DNA of 64,000 nt, taken from the NCBI GenBank assembly GCA_963803145.1, contig CAWDLW010000023.1, positions 64,001 through 128,000 on the forward strand, read 5' to 3'. The DNA is from Methanotrichaceae archaeon (lineage in GTDB: Archaea > Halobacteriota > Methanosarcinia > Methanotrichales > Methanotrichaceae). The stretch's first letter is position 1. The number at the start of each line of letters is the position of its first letter. A model generated the notes under the pieces. That model did no database searches. It was given only the letters and a program-made list of their open reading frames with translations, and was not told the DNA's origin. Of this stretch, positions 1-11,221 are shown one piece after another. The translations under genes were made by a program, and so were the position numbers.

Positions 1-31
1 GAGGGCCAAAAGATAGTTGAGGAGACAGGTT

Positions 32-646
32 TCACTCCGCTGGACTATATTGCAGCGTGAGAAACTGCGAAGAGATATTCGAGTATTCTGTTATAATCCT
101 ATGAACTACCGAATCCAGAAATACCGCAATATCCTCTGTTGCGAGAACATCTGTCAGACTCCTATCAAATAGTATAGTTGCTTCAGGCGGAATCTCATCC
201 TCACCTCTCCAGATAGTTATCCTGATGAAAACCTCCGGAAAGGTCTCTAGCATTATAGCAATATCTCCTCCTTCCACAACTTTGCCCTTATAACTTGTCG
301 ATAGTCTTCTGATCAAGCCATCTGGATCTTTTTGCAGCCGCTCGATCAAAGGTCGAATGGTGTTATTTCGGTAAGCCGGGAAATACGTATCTCCTCCCCA
401 GATATCCTTGAATGAAACCCAATCGCCGCTCGGTCTATAGCCATACTTCAGGCAGCCGATAAGATAGTGGAGGATTAGAACCGAGAGGTAATCTTCGGCA
501 GGCAAAAGCGAGGACTGCTGCAGGATAGTCCTATCGCTCACATTTACCTCATAAGCATCTGTGAGAAACTGGATGGTAGATCTCGAAGAAAGGGCTAATT
601 TTTCGAGCTCCTCCCAGGCCTTATTAAGCGCGATTTCACATCCCAT
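32..646 (-). CDS. DUF3786-family protein
   Basis: 204 aa; LILHYL, GDWVSFKDIWGG.TY and WRGEDEIPPEATILFD motifs recalled for DUF3786. Confidence 0.75.
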   Translation of the reverse strand: MGCEIALNKAWEELEKLALSSRSTIQFLTDAYEVNVSDRTILQQSSLLPAEDYLSVLILHYLIGCLKYGYRPSGDWVSFKDIWGGDTYFPAYRNNTIRPLIERLQKDPDGLIRRLSTSYKGKVVEGGDIAIMLETFPEVFIRITIWRGEDEIPPEATILFDRSLTDVLATEDIAVFLDSVVHRIITEYSNISSQFLTLQYSPAE

Positions 647-901
647 TGCCAGATAGCTCTCATATTTGCATTTATAGTTCTTCTTTTGACTAATTGCCTA
701 ATGAATTCAAGCTAACGCTAAAGTCCTCCAGATTGATTGTTCGGTATACTTCCATAAATAGAAGGTGAACGTAATTATGCCTATCGAATTATTATTTACC
801 CTTAAGAGACCAATCATATGCCTTATCCTTGTTCTTGTGGCGGTCTCTATAATGTTGGGATGTGTTGCTTGAGTTCAGCCCAGTCATTACCTATGGCCTT
901 T

Positions 902-1480
902 CTAATTTAGTTCTTTTACTCCTTCAAAGGCAGGTTTGGGCAACCTAATTTCATAGATGCGAACCATGTTCTCACGATCGTCGAGCCCTATCAACGGGAA
1001 CATCCACCCAACCATTTCAGGAAATCTTTCTTGGGGAACCTGGCTTGACATGATACCTAACGCCTTCCATTGATCGGTTAGTGAAATGCGTTCCTTGAAA
1101 ATCCGGTAGAGGTGGGTATCTTCTTTGTACAAGTGCATATCGAGATGAAAACGGAATGCTGCTGTGGCCCTAGCTGTCTGCAACAGGTCCCCTTCGGAAT
1201 ACGATTTGCTTAATGTGTCATATGCCCGGTCTAAGCCGCGATGGTCTTTCAAATAAGCCTCAGCAACTAGAGGAGCGACATTATCGAGCATGGGAAAGAC
1301 TGATAACTCTTCTCCATCTGCATGCCAGACCAGCATTTCATTGAAGAATCTGAAACGCTCCAAGGTGGCGGTAAGTCCTTCTTTTCCTTTTGCCGCATCC
1401 AAAGCCGCGGCATCGATATGCTTCAGATCATTTCTGAACGCATTGTGAAACGCAAGTATTATATCAACAGGTTCAGGCAT
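902..1480 (-). CDS. Hemerythrin/HHE-domain protein, probable frameshift near the 3' end
   Basis: Likely start ATG 1480 (MPEPVD); H-x3-R, HADGEE, DH and HLYKED helical motifs; the upstream part of the 353-aa track ORF is only the antisense of the PHP gene. Confidence 0.75.
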   Translation of the reverse strand: MPEPVDIILAFHNAFRNDLKHIDAAALDAAKGKEGLTATLERFRFFNEMLVWHADGEELSVFPMLDNVAPLVAEAYLKDHRGLDRAYDTLSKSYSEGDLLQTARATAAFRFHLDMHLYKEDTHLYRIFKERISLTDQWKALGIMSSQVPQERFPEMVGWMFPLIGLDDRENMVRIYEIRLPKPAFEGVKELN

Positions 1481-1610
1481 AATAATTAGCGTATGTTGAA
1501 AGATATCAATATTATGTTCGATATGTGGATAGGTCCTATGATGCGTATAGAGCATCTTATATATCCCCATGATATCCCAAAAAGACAACAAAAGCTCGAG
1601 AGAATAAACA

Positions 1611-2216
1611 ATGCTCATTGATTTGCATATCCATACCAGGAGCGGCTCATCGTGCAGTGCCCTGCATACCAAGGATCTCATCAGGCGGGCGAAGGAGATA
1701 CATCTGGATGCCGTCTGCATCACAGACCACAATACCACCAAGGCGGTTGAAAGGGCTAAAAAGATTGGAGGAGAGCAAGGTCTTCTAGTTTTTGGCGGAA
1801 TTGAGGTGAGGTGCCGCGAAGGAGATGTCCTTGTCTTTGGGCTCGAGAATTCTCCCCACTCAGGGATCATGGCACAGGATCTAGTTAGTCTGGTGCATAG
1901 TGAGGGAGGAGTGGCGATACCTGCACATCCCTTCAGATCCTCTGCACCCAGCCTTGGGAGCATGGTATTCGAGGTTCAAAGCTTTGATGCAATTGAAGTG
2001 CTCAACGGCAATTCAAATGATGATGAGAACCGAATATCACGTGAGGCTGCGCAAAAGCTTGGTTTGCCTGGCACAGGCGGTAGCGATTCTCATTCGCTTA
2101 AGCATGTTGGGAGGTGCATTACTGAGTTTGAGGATAACGGCGTTAAGAGCGAACAAGATCTTATCAATGCTATAAAAGGCGGTAGGTTCAAGCCGAAACG
2201 ACTTTCACTCAAATGA
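1611..2216 (+). CDS. PHP-domain metal-dependent phosphoesterase
   Basis: DLHIHT, ITDHN, AHP and GGSDSH motifs. Confidence 0.9.
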   Translation: MLIDLHIHTRSGSSCSALHTKDLIRRAKEIHLDAVCITDHNTTKAVERAKKIGGEQGLLVFGGIEVRCREGDVLVFGLENSPHSGIMAQDLVSLVHSEGGVAIPAHPFRSSAPSLGSMVFEVQSFDAIEVLNGNSNDDENRISREAAQKLGLPGTGGSDSHSLKHVGRCITEFEDNGVKSEQDLINAIKGGRFKPKRLSLK

Positions 2217-2427
2217 GAAATAAATCAGCAATCGGATTATATGAGATCCTCCGGGAACGACCTGAGCTTAGAGAATCTTAAGGCCAGTTTTTAATGCAGA
2301 AAACACAATATTAATAATTTTAATATGGGTAAATAAAATTGCAAAATCTATAAAATTATACAATCTAAATCATACAAAAATATTTCCCTTATCTTCTTAA
2401 ATAGTATAGATAACTAATTGCCTAATA

Positions 2428-4662
2428 ATGATCTCTTACCTTGAGCACCCTCTGCTCAAGCCACAGACTGTGGAAAAGAGGCTCTTCCAGATGGATCTGG
2501 CAGCGACTGCCTTGAAGGAATCAAGCCTAGTTGTAGTGCCTACTGGCCTCGGAAAAACTGTGATAGCTCTTATGGTCCTGCTTGCAAGGCTTGATAAAGG
2601 CAGGATACTTTTCCTTGCACCAACAAAGCCTCTGGTCGAGCAGCATGCCTCATTTTTACGGAAGGTCCTCATGGATGAATCTATCGTTGCTATGATGACT
2701 GGGGAAACTATGCCTGAAAAGAGGGCCGAGATCTACAACCAGACTAGAATAATTGCATCCACGCCACAGGTCATCGAGAATGATTTGCTTTCCAGAAGAA
2801 TCGATCTGAAAGATGTAGGCCTGATCATATTCGATGAAGCCCACAGAGCCGTAGGGAACTATGCCTATGTCTACATTGCAGAGCGATATGGGCGCGAGGC
2901 ATCGAATCCCCTTGTGCTCGGCATCACAGCCAGCCCCGGAAGCCAGAGCGAGAAGATCGAAGAGATATGCACAAACCTGGGCATCGAGAAGATCCAGACC
3001 CGTACAGAAAGCGATCCTGATGTAGCTCCCTTTGTCCATCAGCGGGAGATAGAATGGGTCAAGGTCAAAGTTCCTGAGGAGCTTCTGAGGGTTAGGACTG
3101 CAATAGAGAATGTTCTGAAAGATAGAATCGATGATCTGAATCAGCTTGGAGTAGCACCTGCAAGGATCGATTTAAGAGCCTCAAAGAAGGAACTTCTAGG
3201 ACTACAGAGTATGCTTCACTCCTCTGTAGCAAGGAACGCGAGTCCGGCTGCTTTCAAGGGCATTTCCGTCTTGGCTGAAATACTCAAGCTCCATCATGCC
3301 ATTGAGCTGGCTGAAACGCAAAGCAGCGATGCATTGAACAGATACTTCCAGAAGCTTCAGGGAGAAGCCCTCTCTAGAAGCGGATCCAAGGCATCCCGCC
3401 GCATCATGGAGGACCCCAGGTTCAGACAGGCAATGGCAGCATTAATGGAAACAAATGTGGAGCATCCGAAGCTTGCAGCTGTGCAGAGCATTTTAAGAGA
3501 TCAGCTCCTGGCCAAGCCCGATTCCAGGATAATGGTCTTTACAAATTATAGAGACACAGCTTCGGCTCTTCTTAAGTCCCTAGAGAAGGATGATGCCATT
3601 AAAGCGGTCAGGTTTGTTGGTCAATCTAGCCGACAAGATGACGAGGGACTCAGCCAGAAGAGGCAGACCGAAATTCTGAACAAGTTCAGGTCTGGAGAGT
3701 TCAATGTCCTCATAGCCACATCAGTCGGCGAGGAAGGTATCGATATACCCGCCACGGATCTAGTTTTATTCTATGAGCCAGTGCCATCTGAAATTCGCAG
3801 CATTCAACGCAAAGGCAGAACGGGACGTGCAAGAGCTGGTAGGGTTGTTGTATTAATTGCAAAAGGCACACGCGATGAGGCCTACTATTGGATAAGCGAT
3901 CGCAAAGAAAAGAGCATGCAGAGGGAGATCCGCGGTCTGAGTGGCAAAGCGCAGGAATCTCTTGTAAAGGAGTTTAAGCCCAAGCAGATACAGATCACTG
4001 ATGTTGAGGATAAACCGGCGGAAACATTAGGCAAAATCTTCGTTGATCCCAGAGAGCGAGAGATGGGAAAACTGCTGGAGGCTCAAGGCCTTGAGGTGAC
4101 TTTGAAAAATCTAGAGGTTGGAGATTACATTGTCAGCGATCGAATTGCCATCGAGCGCAAAACTGCAGATGATTTTGTGGCGTCCATCATTGATCCAGAG
4201 AGGAACCTTTTCAGACAGATATCAGATCTATCGAGGTCTTATGAAAAGCCCGTTTTGATACTGGAGGGAAGAGACCTATACACTCGTCAGATAAGTCCCA
4301 ACTCCATTAGAGGTGCTCTGGCCGCAATAGCCATAGACTACGGTATTCCTATTATTCCCACTGAAAGCCGGGAGGAGACTGCAGCTATAATCGCTATACT
4401 CGCCGCCCGGGAACATAAAGAGGGACGAGAGCCTAAGCTGCACGGTCATAAAACTGCAAGAACGCTTTCAGAGCAGCAGGAATATCTGGTTTCGGCAATA
4501 CCCAGTGTTGGCCCTGCAGTTGCACGAAATCTGCTTAAGCACTTTGGAACGATTGAGAAAATCATGACAGCTTCAGAGGAGGAGCTTCGGCAGGTGGAGC
4601 TTGTGGGACCGAAGATTGCCGAGCGAATTCGAGAGCTGATTGGTGGGGAGTATAAAGGATAA
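2428..4662 (+). CDS. hef: Hef: DEAH helicase fused to ERCC4/XPF nuclease
   Basis: PTGLGKT, DEAH, TAS, QRKGRTGR helicase motifs; GDY-ERKT-D nuclease motif; C-terminal HhH repeats. Confidence 0.95.
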   Translation: MISYLEHPLLKPQTVEKRLFQMDLAATALKESSLVVVPTGLGKTVIALMVLLARLDKGRILFLAPTKPLVEQHASFLRKVLMDESIVAMMTGETMPEKRAEIYNQTRIIASTPQVIENDLLSRRIDLKDVGLIIFDEAHRAVGNYAYVYIAERYGREASNPLVLGITASPGSQSEKIEEICTNLGIEKIQTRTESDPDVAPFVHQREIEWVKVKVPEELLRVRTAIENVLKDRIDDLNQLGVAPARIDLRASKKELLGLQSMLHSSVARNASPAAFKGISVLAEILKLHHAIELAETQSSDALNRYFQKLQGEALSRSGSKASRRIMEDPRFRQAMAALMETNVEHPKLAAVQSILRDQLLAKPDSRIMVFTNYRDTASALLKSLEKDDAIKAVRFVGQSSRQDDEGLSQKRQTEILNKFRSGEFNVLIATSVGEEGIDIPATDLVLFYEPVPSEIRSIQRKGRTGRARAGRVVVLIAKGTRDEAYYWISDRKEKSMQREIRGLSGKAQESLVKEFKPKQIQITDVEDKPAETLGKIFVDPREREMGKLLEAQGLEVTLKNLEVGDYIVSDRIAIERKTADDFVASIIDPERNLFRQISDLSRSYEKPVLILEGRDLYTRQISPNSIRGALAAIAIDYGIPIIPTESREETAAIIAILAAREHKEGREPKLHGHKTARTLSEQQEYLVSAIPSVGPAVARNLLKHFGTIEKIMTASEEELRQVELVGPKIAERIRELIGGEYKG

Positions 4663-5027
4663 TATGAATAGGATATTTAATGGTTCTAACAGAAATTTGG
4701 TATGCAGCTAGTTATTAATAATATTATCGGCTATTAAGAATAGCGATTGTGGCCCGAGCATATGATCATCTGGGCTTAGTCAAACAGGCGGACCCTGCAG
4801 CCATACCAACTCGCTTCGACCTTGATTCCACGACCGAGGAATTTATAATTGATGTTCATGAGTAGCGTGAGCACAGCGAGTACAACGGTCAGTCGGCTCC
4901 TTTTATTCAGCATCTTGAGCCATTTAGTTTCTCTTCCTAATCTAGCACAAGCTAAATAACCATAGCTAGAGGGTAACATATAGATAATAAGACATAATTA
5001 CGTGTTTCAGTTAGTGCTGGTGTAGAA

Positions 5028-8000
5028 ATGGCGATTGATAACCTCTCCCAAAGGGTATTCGAGCTTTCACAGCGCTTAGAGGAACTCCAGGCAAAATGTG
5101 TGAGCAATCCAGCAAACGCACCCGATATCCTATCCGGTGTCATAGAGGATTTCCAGATTAGTCTCGAAGAGTTATCTGCTGCAGATGAGGAACTCATGCA
5201 GCAGAATGAGGAATTAATCGAGGCTCAGGAGGAACGGGAGAGGTATCTCAGAGAGTTGGAGGATTCCCATAAGGCCCTTCGTGAAAGCGAGGAGAAGTAC
5301 AGAGAGCTCGTGCAGAATACGAATAGCATAATATTGAAGTACGATATCAACGGGAAGATCACATTCTTCAACGAATATGCACAGAGGTTCTTTGGATACA
5401 CCAAGGACGAGATCATCGGAAAAGATGTCATGATCCTGGTCCCGAAAACAGAAAGCACAGGAGAGGGCTTAGAAACACTGGCAGATGATATACTGAAAGA
5501 CCCTGAAGGCTTCACAGAGAACGTAAATGAAAACATTTTGAGAAACGGTGAGCGAGTCTGGATCTCCTGGCGAAACAAGGTGATTTTAGATTCAGATGGG
5601 TGTGTCGTGGGCAACCTCGCTGTCGGTCAGGAAATCACCGAGCGCAAGCATATGGAAGCTGATTTAGAACAGCTAGCGTCCTTCCCAAAAATCAATCCGA
5701 ATCCAATCATCGAAGTTGACCTGGAAGGATGTGTTCATTTCCTTAACCCTGCCGCCAAAGAGCTGTTTCCCGGCCTCTTGGAAAGCGGATGCAATCACCC
5801 CTGGTTGACTGATTGGGAGCAGGTGGTGCAGATTTTCCATAAGAGGGGAACGAGCGCTTTTGTCCGAGATATTTTCGTTGGCGATAGGTGGTACCAGCAG
5901 TCGATGCATTTCGTTCCTAATACCCAAGCCATCCGCATCTATGGCCTGGACATCACAGAGCGCAGGCAGGCTGAGGATGCGCTGCAGGAAGCAAACGAAG
6001 AGCTTGAAGCCACAGGCGAGGAACTCCGCCAGCAAAATGGCGAGCTCATGCACGCTCAGTCAGCTCTACAGGAAAGCGAGGAGAAGTATCGCACTATCGT
6101 TGAGACTGCCAATGAGGGTATATGGGTCGTGGATTCAGAGGCCCAAACGACTTACGTCAACAAAAGAATGGCAGAGATGCTTGGGTTCAGCCCAGAAGAG
6201 ATGATTGGTAAAAAGTCGTCCGAGTTTATGGACGAGGAAGAAAGGGCTCGCCTTGAGTTAATGCTTGAACGCAGGCGGCAGGGCATCGAGGAGAGCTTTG
6301 AGTTCAAATTCATCCGCAAGGATGGCTCCTTTTTATGGGCACATTCAAACGCTGCGCCGCTTCGGGATAGAGATGGCAAGTTTGTTGGCTCTTTGGGCAT
6401 GCTTACGGATATTACGGAACGCAAGCGAGCTGAGGAGGCGCTCCAAATGCTTTCCAGACAGCGCCAGCTTGCACTGGACGCAGCGCGCATGGGTTGGTGG
6501 CGTTATGACCCGGTTACACGGATCGCATCATGGGACGACCGCTATAAGGAAATCTTCGGCGTTATAGGCGACCAGAGCCCGAATGATGAGATACTTAAGC
6601 GGCTGCATCCCGAAGATCTGCCTGGTGTCTGGGCGAAAGTGGAGGCTGCGCTGGATCCGACAAATCCCCAACCCTATTCGGCAGAGTACCGCATAAACCA
6701 TCCTGATGGATCGGTGCGATGGATCGAGGCTCACGGCATTGCGCTGTTTGAAGGGGTTGGCGAGAACAGACGGGCTGTAGACTTTGTCGGCACAGCAGCC
6801 GACATCACAGAGCGCAAGCAGGTCGAGGATGTACTGCGAACCACATTACAACGCTTATACACAGTTCTTTCAAGCATGTATTCCAGCATCTTGCTTGTGA
6901 CGAACGAGGGTCGGACTGAGTTTGCCAATCAAGCGTTCTCCGACTTTTTCGGTCTGAAGGGTTACTCTGCTGACTTAATAGGACTCACCTCATCAGAAAT
7001 GATCGAAAAAATTAAAAATGCTTACCTGCATCCTGATGAGGAAGTTAAACGCATAGGGGAAATAGTTGGCCGCGGACACCCTGTAAAAGGCGAAGAAATT
7101 GCAATGAGCGGCGATCGGACATGCCTGCGAGATTTCATTCCCATATGCATAGATGGAAAATCATATGGTCGGTTATGGCATCATCTGGACATCACAGAGC
7201 GAAAGCTGATGGAAGAGGAGCTGAGAAAAGCCCGTGATGAGCTGGAACTTAGGGTGAAGGCGAGAACCTCTGAACTACAGGATGCCAAAGAGAACCTCGA
7301 AATCATAAATGAAGAGCTTCAGGTGGAGATCTCAGAGCACGAGAAGACAGAGAAAGATCTGTTGAAGGCTAAAGAGACAGCAGAGGCTGCAGTCGAGGCC
7401 AAGGCAGCCTTCCTTGCGAACATGAGTCATGAGCTCAGAACACCCCTGAATGCTGTTATAGGCTTCTCAAGCCTTCTCCTGGATGATAACCTCACACAGG
7501 AGCAGAAGGAGGACATTGAGAGAATCAGAAACGGTGGAGAAGCTCTTCTAACGATCATTAGCGATATCCTTGAGTTTTCGAGAGCAGAAAAGGAGAAAGT
7601 AGAGCTTGAGCATCAGTCACTCAGCCTCAAGGCTTCCATCGAAGAATCTCTTGATATGGTTGCAGTGCAGGCCATCGATAAGGGTCTGAACCTTGCTTAT
7701 ACCATCGCTTATGGAACCCCGGATACTATCATCGGTGATCCCGGAAGACTTCGGCAGGTTTTAGTTAATCTGCTCAGCAACGCTGTCAAGTTCACTGATG
7801 TTGGGGATATATCAGTTTCAGTTTCGTCTAAAGCGCTCGTTGGCAACAAGTGCCAGATAACATTTTCAGTTAAGGACACAGGCATTGGAATGCCTCAGGA
7901 TAAGATGGATAGGCTCTTCAAGCCCTTTACACAGCTTGAGTATACCCTGAGCAGAAAACGTGATGGTGCAGGGCTCGGACTCTCCATAAGCAAGAAGCTT

Positions 8001-8519
8001 GTGGAACTTATGGGTGGAGAGATCTGGGCTGAAAGCGAGGAAAGCAAAGGCTCTACTTTCCGATTCACAATCCAGGCTGAGGTCATTCCAGGAAAGCAAT
8101 TGGACTTAGAAGATAAAGCTACTGAATATGAAAACCTCTCAGCTGAAAAGCCTTTCGCGATCCTTGTCGCCGAAGATAACCCTTCAAACCAGAAGGTACT
8201 CGTCGAGATGCTGAAACGCCTAGGCTATAGGGCGGATGCTGTTGCAGATGGCGTTGAGGTTCTGCAGGCCCTTCAAGTCCGACCTTACGATCTGATCTTC
8301 ATGGATATCAAGATGCCAGAGATGGATGGACTCACTGCCACCAGGGAGATACGAAAGCTCTGGCCTAATAACGGGCCGAAGATTATAGCTATCACAGCCT
8401 TCGCAATGGACGGCGATCAAGAAAAGTGTCTGGAAGCTGGCATGGATGGTTATATAGCAAAGCCTGTGAAAGTAAATGATCTTGCGATACTCTTGCGCAA
8501 TATTCCCTGCCAAGAGTAA
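5028..8519 (+). CDS. Multi-PAS hybrid sensor histidine kinase with receiver domain
   Basis: Repeated DITERK PAS ends; SHELRTPLN H-box; NLLSNAVKFT, DTGIG, GAGLGL; C-terminal receiver. Confidence 0.95.
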   Translation: MAIDNLSQRVFELSQRLEELQAKCVSNPANAPDILSGVIEDFQISLEELSAADEELMQQNEELIEAQEERERYLRELEDSHKALRESEEKYRELVQNTNSIILKYDINGKITFFNEYAQRFFGYTKDEIIGKDVMILVPKTESTGEGLETLADDILKDPEGFTENVNENILRNGERVWISWRNKVILDSDGCVVGNLAVGQEITERKHMEADLEQLASFPKINPNPIIEVDLEGCVHFLNPAAKELFPGLLESGCNHPWLTDWEQVVQIFHKRGTSAFVRDIFVGDRWYQQSMHFVPNTQAIRIYGLDITERRQAEDALQEANEELEATGEELRQQNGELMHAQSALQESEEKYRTIVETANEGIWVVDSEAQTTYVNKRMAEMLGFSPEEMIGKKSSEFMDEEERARLELMLERRRQGIEESFEFKFIRKDGSFLWAHSNAAPLRDRDGKFVGSLGMLTDITERKRAEEALQMLSRQRQLALDAARMGWWRYDPVTRIASWDDRYKEIFGVIGDQSPNDEILKRLHPEDLPGVWAKVEAALDPTNPQPYSAEYRINHPDGSVRWIEAHGIALFEGVGENRRAVDFVGTAADITERKQVEDVLRTTLQRLYTVLSSMYSSILLVTNEGRTEFANQAFSDFFGLKGYSADLIGLTSSEMIEKIKNAYLHPDEEVKRIGEIVGRGHPVKGEEIAMSGDRTCLRDFIPICIDGKSYGRLWHHLDITERKLMEEELRKARDELELRVKARTSELQDAKENLEIINEELQVEISEHEKTEKDLLKAKETAEAAVEAKAAFLANMSHELRTPLNAVIGFSSLLLDDNLTQEQKEDIERIRNGGEALLTIISDILEFSRAEKEKVELEHQSLSLKASIEESLDMVAVQAIDKGLNLAYTIAYGTPDTIIGDPGRLRQVLVNLLSNAVKFTDVGDISVSVSSKALVGNKCQITFSVKDTGIGMPQDKMDRLFKPFTQLEYTLSRKRDGAGLGLSISKKLVELMGGEIWAESEESKGSTFRFTIQAEVIPGKQLDLEDKATEYENLSAEKPFAILVAEDNPSNQKVLVEMLKRLGYRADAVADGVEVLQALQVRPYDLIFMDIKMPEMDGLTATREIRKLWPNNGPKIIAITAFAMDGDQEKCLEAGMDGYIAKPVKVNDLAILLRNIPCQE

Positions 8520-8767
8520 AATTTGGAAATCAAAGCCCTTGAACTCAATCATTAAGATCTGGTACTTATGGATAAAGGATAGACCTCTGGAGGCATGATT
8601 CTCTGGATTGTTGCCCCTTTTATTCCGCTAATATTGCCATAATTACACAGATCGCTAAATCCCCAATTTCATTTTGATATTTAAGTTTGAAATAAAAATT
8701 TATATAAGTAGTTTGGTAGTATATACATACATGAGGTTCACTATTGACAGGAGACAGCATCGGCCAT

Positions 8768-9133
8768 ATGCGTATTTTACTTGCAGAAGATGATGAATCA
8801 CATCGAAAATTAACTATGCTCATGCTGGCTCGTCTGGGCTATAAATCGGATGCTGTCTCGAATGGACGTCAGGCAATCCAAGCCGTTAGCCACAGCCAAT
8901 ATGATCTAGTACTCATGGATCTAGTAATGCCAGAGATGGATGGCCTGAAAGCTACTCGTGAAATGCGTAAGCTTGGGCAAAAGGAGATAAAGATTATAGC
9001 AATTACTGCCTACGTTGTTCCTGGTATTAGAGAGACGTGCCTCGAAGCAGGTATGGATGATTGCATTACCAAGCCTGTAAAGATAGGAGATCTGGCGAAG
9101 GTCCTAAATCAGTATAACTTAGATGTTCTGTAA
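8768..9133 (+). CDS. Single-domain response regulator
   Basis: ILLAEDD, DLVLMDLVMPEMDG, ITKP; ATG 8768; TTTATATA box near 8699. Confidence 0.9.
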   Translation: MRILLAEDDESHRKLTMLMLARLGYKSDAVSNGRQAIQAVSHSQYDLVLMDLVMPEMDGLKATREMRKLGQKEIKIIAITAYVVPGIRETCLEAGMDDCITKPVKIGDLAKVLNQYNLDVL

Positions 9134-9310
9134 ATTAGTTGAAGCCAATATATTTTGCTAGTAGATTCATGCGGAATTCCGCTCTCGGTATTAAAACATA
9201 AACTGGGATGAAGATGTCAAGTCCGACTATATCGGTAATTTATTCGACGCTGCTGGCTGCTGGGCATTAGTAAAATAGTAAAAATAAATTGGCCCATATC
9301 GATAATAAGG

Positions 9311-9742
9311 TCAGCTTATGCTAAGCTTGCTCAAAATAACACTCTCAAGCGTGGCCTTTGGGTAGTTTCCAAGGTGTTTGTATACGAGAGAGCCGTTTTT
9401 GAATATGAGCAGCATTGGGTAATGATAGATATGGTACTTGACACGGGTCTTATGGTTTTGATCCGTGAGAAGCTTGCCGAAAACAACCTTATCTTTGAAG
9501 TCCTGAGCCATCTCATCTACTGTTGGAGAGATAAGCTGACAGGGTTCGCACCCCTCTTTCCAGCAGTCCAGCACGAAGAGCGAGTAGCTCTTGACGGCAG
9601 AATCGAGAGTGCTATCAGTTATTGTTACTGGAGTAACTGGAGATTCATGCTGCCAAGGACCGACTATATCAGCCATATTGGCCACACAGGTTTTATCATT
9701 AGTGGCTATGATGGTTGGCACTAGCATAATCAGCATCATCAC
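9311..9742 (-). CDS. Thioredoxin-fold protein with hydrophobic N-terminus (probably exported)
   Basis: DCWKEGCEPC (CxxC), YPMLLIFKNG cis-Pro motif. Confidence 0.8.
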   Translation of the reverse strand: MMMLIMLVPTIIATNDKTCVANMADIVGPWQHESPVTPVTITDSTLDSAVKSYSLFVLDCWKEGCEPCQLISPTVDEMAQDFKDKVVFGKLLTDQNHKTRVKYHIYHYPMLLIFKNGSLVYKHLGNYPKATLESVILSKLSIS

Positions 9743-10031
9743 TATGCATAGACTAAGTAAAGATTGAGCTATTTTTATTGAGATATCACTAGCCCCCTCA
9801 TTGCCAAAGTAGCCTTGTTAAGAACAAATATTAAAGCTTTTCAGTCAATATATTATGTGCCAATCGATTAATATTAAATCCAGTACATTATATGTAGCAA
9901 CTATAGTTTAGCCGAAAGATATATTATGTACATAAGCCGTTTATAAAAAGCTGCACTAACGTCGCTTCGTCGTAGGGATGTTTTGTGGCAGGATCGATCC
10001 TAGGGGTCGATGCCAAAGGTAAGTGAATCAA

Positions 10032-10217
10032 ATGGAAAGGTTCGGCAATAGAGGCGGAAGCGGCTTCAACAGAGGCCCAAGAGAGATGCACGATGCAACC
10101 TGTGCAGAGTGCGGAAAGCAATGTCAAGTTCCCTTCAACCCAGATGGATCAAGGCCGGTCTACTGCAGCGATTGCTATCAGAAGCATAGACCCGCAAAGC
10201 CCCCAAGAAGATACTAG
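10032..10217 (+). CDS. CxxC-x17-CxxC small zinc-binding protein
   Basis: REMHDATCAECGKQCQVPF.PDGSRPVYCSDC; SD-like AGGTAAGTGA before ATG 10032. Confidence 0.9.
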   Translation: MERFGNRGGSGFNRGPREMHDATCAECGKQCQVPFNPDGSRPVYCSDCYQKHRPAKPPRRY

Positions 10218-10250
10218 ACTGATACGATTATATATTCGACTGTTCACAAG

Positions 10251-10290
10251 TGCAGGGCAGTGGTTTCTGGCCCTGCAAGGTTTTAATTTT
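10251..10290 (+). terminator. Probable terminator
   Basis: TGCAGGGC/GCCCTGCA 8-bp stem followed by T-rich tract between convergent genes. Confidence 0.55.
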
Positions 10291-10363
10291 CGTTCATTTA
10301 GGGTGATGCTTATTTCGAAGCTTCTAAGATAAAATTACTTATTAAAAATTTCTCCTTACTCCT

Positions 10364-11101
10364 TTATAATTCCAAAACCATCCCATCGCATGAAGCCACG
10401 ACATTATCAAAGCCCTGAATGCTCTTCACGGCGTTTAGCCTTTCCAGTATAGTTGTGTATCTGGCAGCATCGAAGTGAACAAGAGCAAGCCTCTTTGCAT
10501 TTGCTCGACGGGCGATGTCGGCTGCATCCTGAGGATTGAGATGTGGCCACTCAGGACTTTGCTCTCCCGGAAGATGGGCACATTCGGCTATAAGGAGATC
10601 TGCATCCTCTGCCAGCTTGACTGCATTATCGCAGATGCCTGTATCAGGAACATAGGCAATCCTCTTTCCATCAACTTCGAATTGGTAGCCCATGCATGGC
10701 GAGGCATGTACCAGGTAGTAGCACTCCAGCGGGAATGGAATTTTATAAGGCCCCTCCGAAAGATCGTGAACCTGTACAGGGTAAGGCATCTCGCTGAAGG
10801 GAATTGTAAACGGCCTTGTAATAATGGTATCCAGTGCCTTCTTCGTACCCTTTTGACCATAGATGTGAAGTATAGGGAAGCGGAACTTGTTAAGTATGTG
10901 CAGGCCCTCGATGTGGTCCAGATGGAAGTGACTTAGCAGAAGGTAGACAGGCAAGTCGTCATGGATATAGCGGTCTGCCTTGTAGATGCCGTTGCCTGCA
11001 TCGAGGATTATGTGATACTTTTCTGAGTTGACGAGAACAGAGATCGTGTTTCCTGTATCTGTGTCATACCAACCGTTGGTGCCGAGAAAGATTACTTCCA
11101 T
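10364..11101 (-). CDS. Metallo-beta-lactamase-fold hydrolase (RNase Z-like)
   Basis: FLGTNG, LDAGNG, SHFHLDH, PDTG, LVHFD. Confidence 0.85.
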   Translation of the reverse strand: MEVIFLGTNGWYDTDTGNTISVLVNSEKYHIILDAGNGIYKADRYIHDDLPVYLLLSHFHLDHIEGLHILNKFRFPILHIYGQKGTKKALDTIITRPFTIPFSEMPYPVQVHDLSEGPYKIPFPLECYYLVHASPCMGYQFEVDGKRIAYVPDTGICDNAVKLAEDADLLIAECAHLPGEQSPEWPHLNPQDAADIARRANAKRLALVHFDAARYTTILERLNAVKSIQGFDNVVASCDGMVLEL

Positions 11102-11221
11102 CCTTTAGCCTCAAGTGTATCTTCTTTCAAGCTGCCGTGTAGAAAAGCATGATTACAAGGTAGTATATAAGTTGCTAAGTTGTTTTAGTTGCTATAAATT
11201 GATAAAAATTGTTTGGGGAGG

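Noticed and set aside
1481-1963. N-terminal 161 aa of the 353-aa track ORF
   Set aside because: Mostly antisense to the PHP gene; hemerythrin similarity starts at Met 1480
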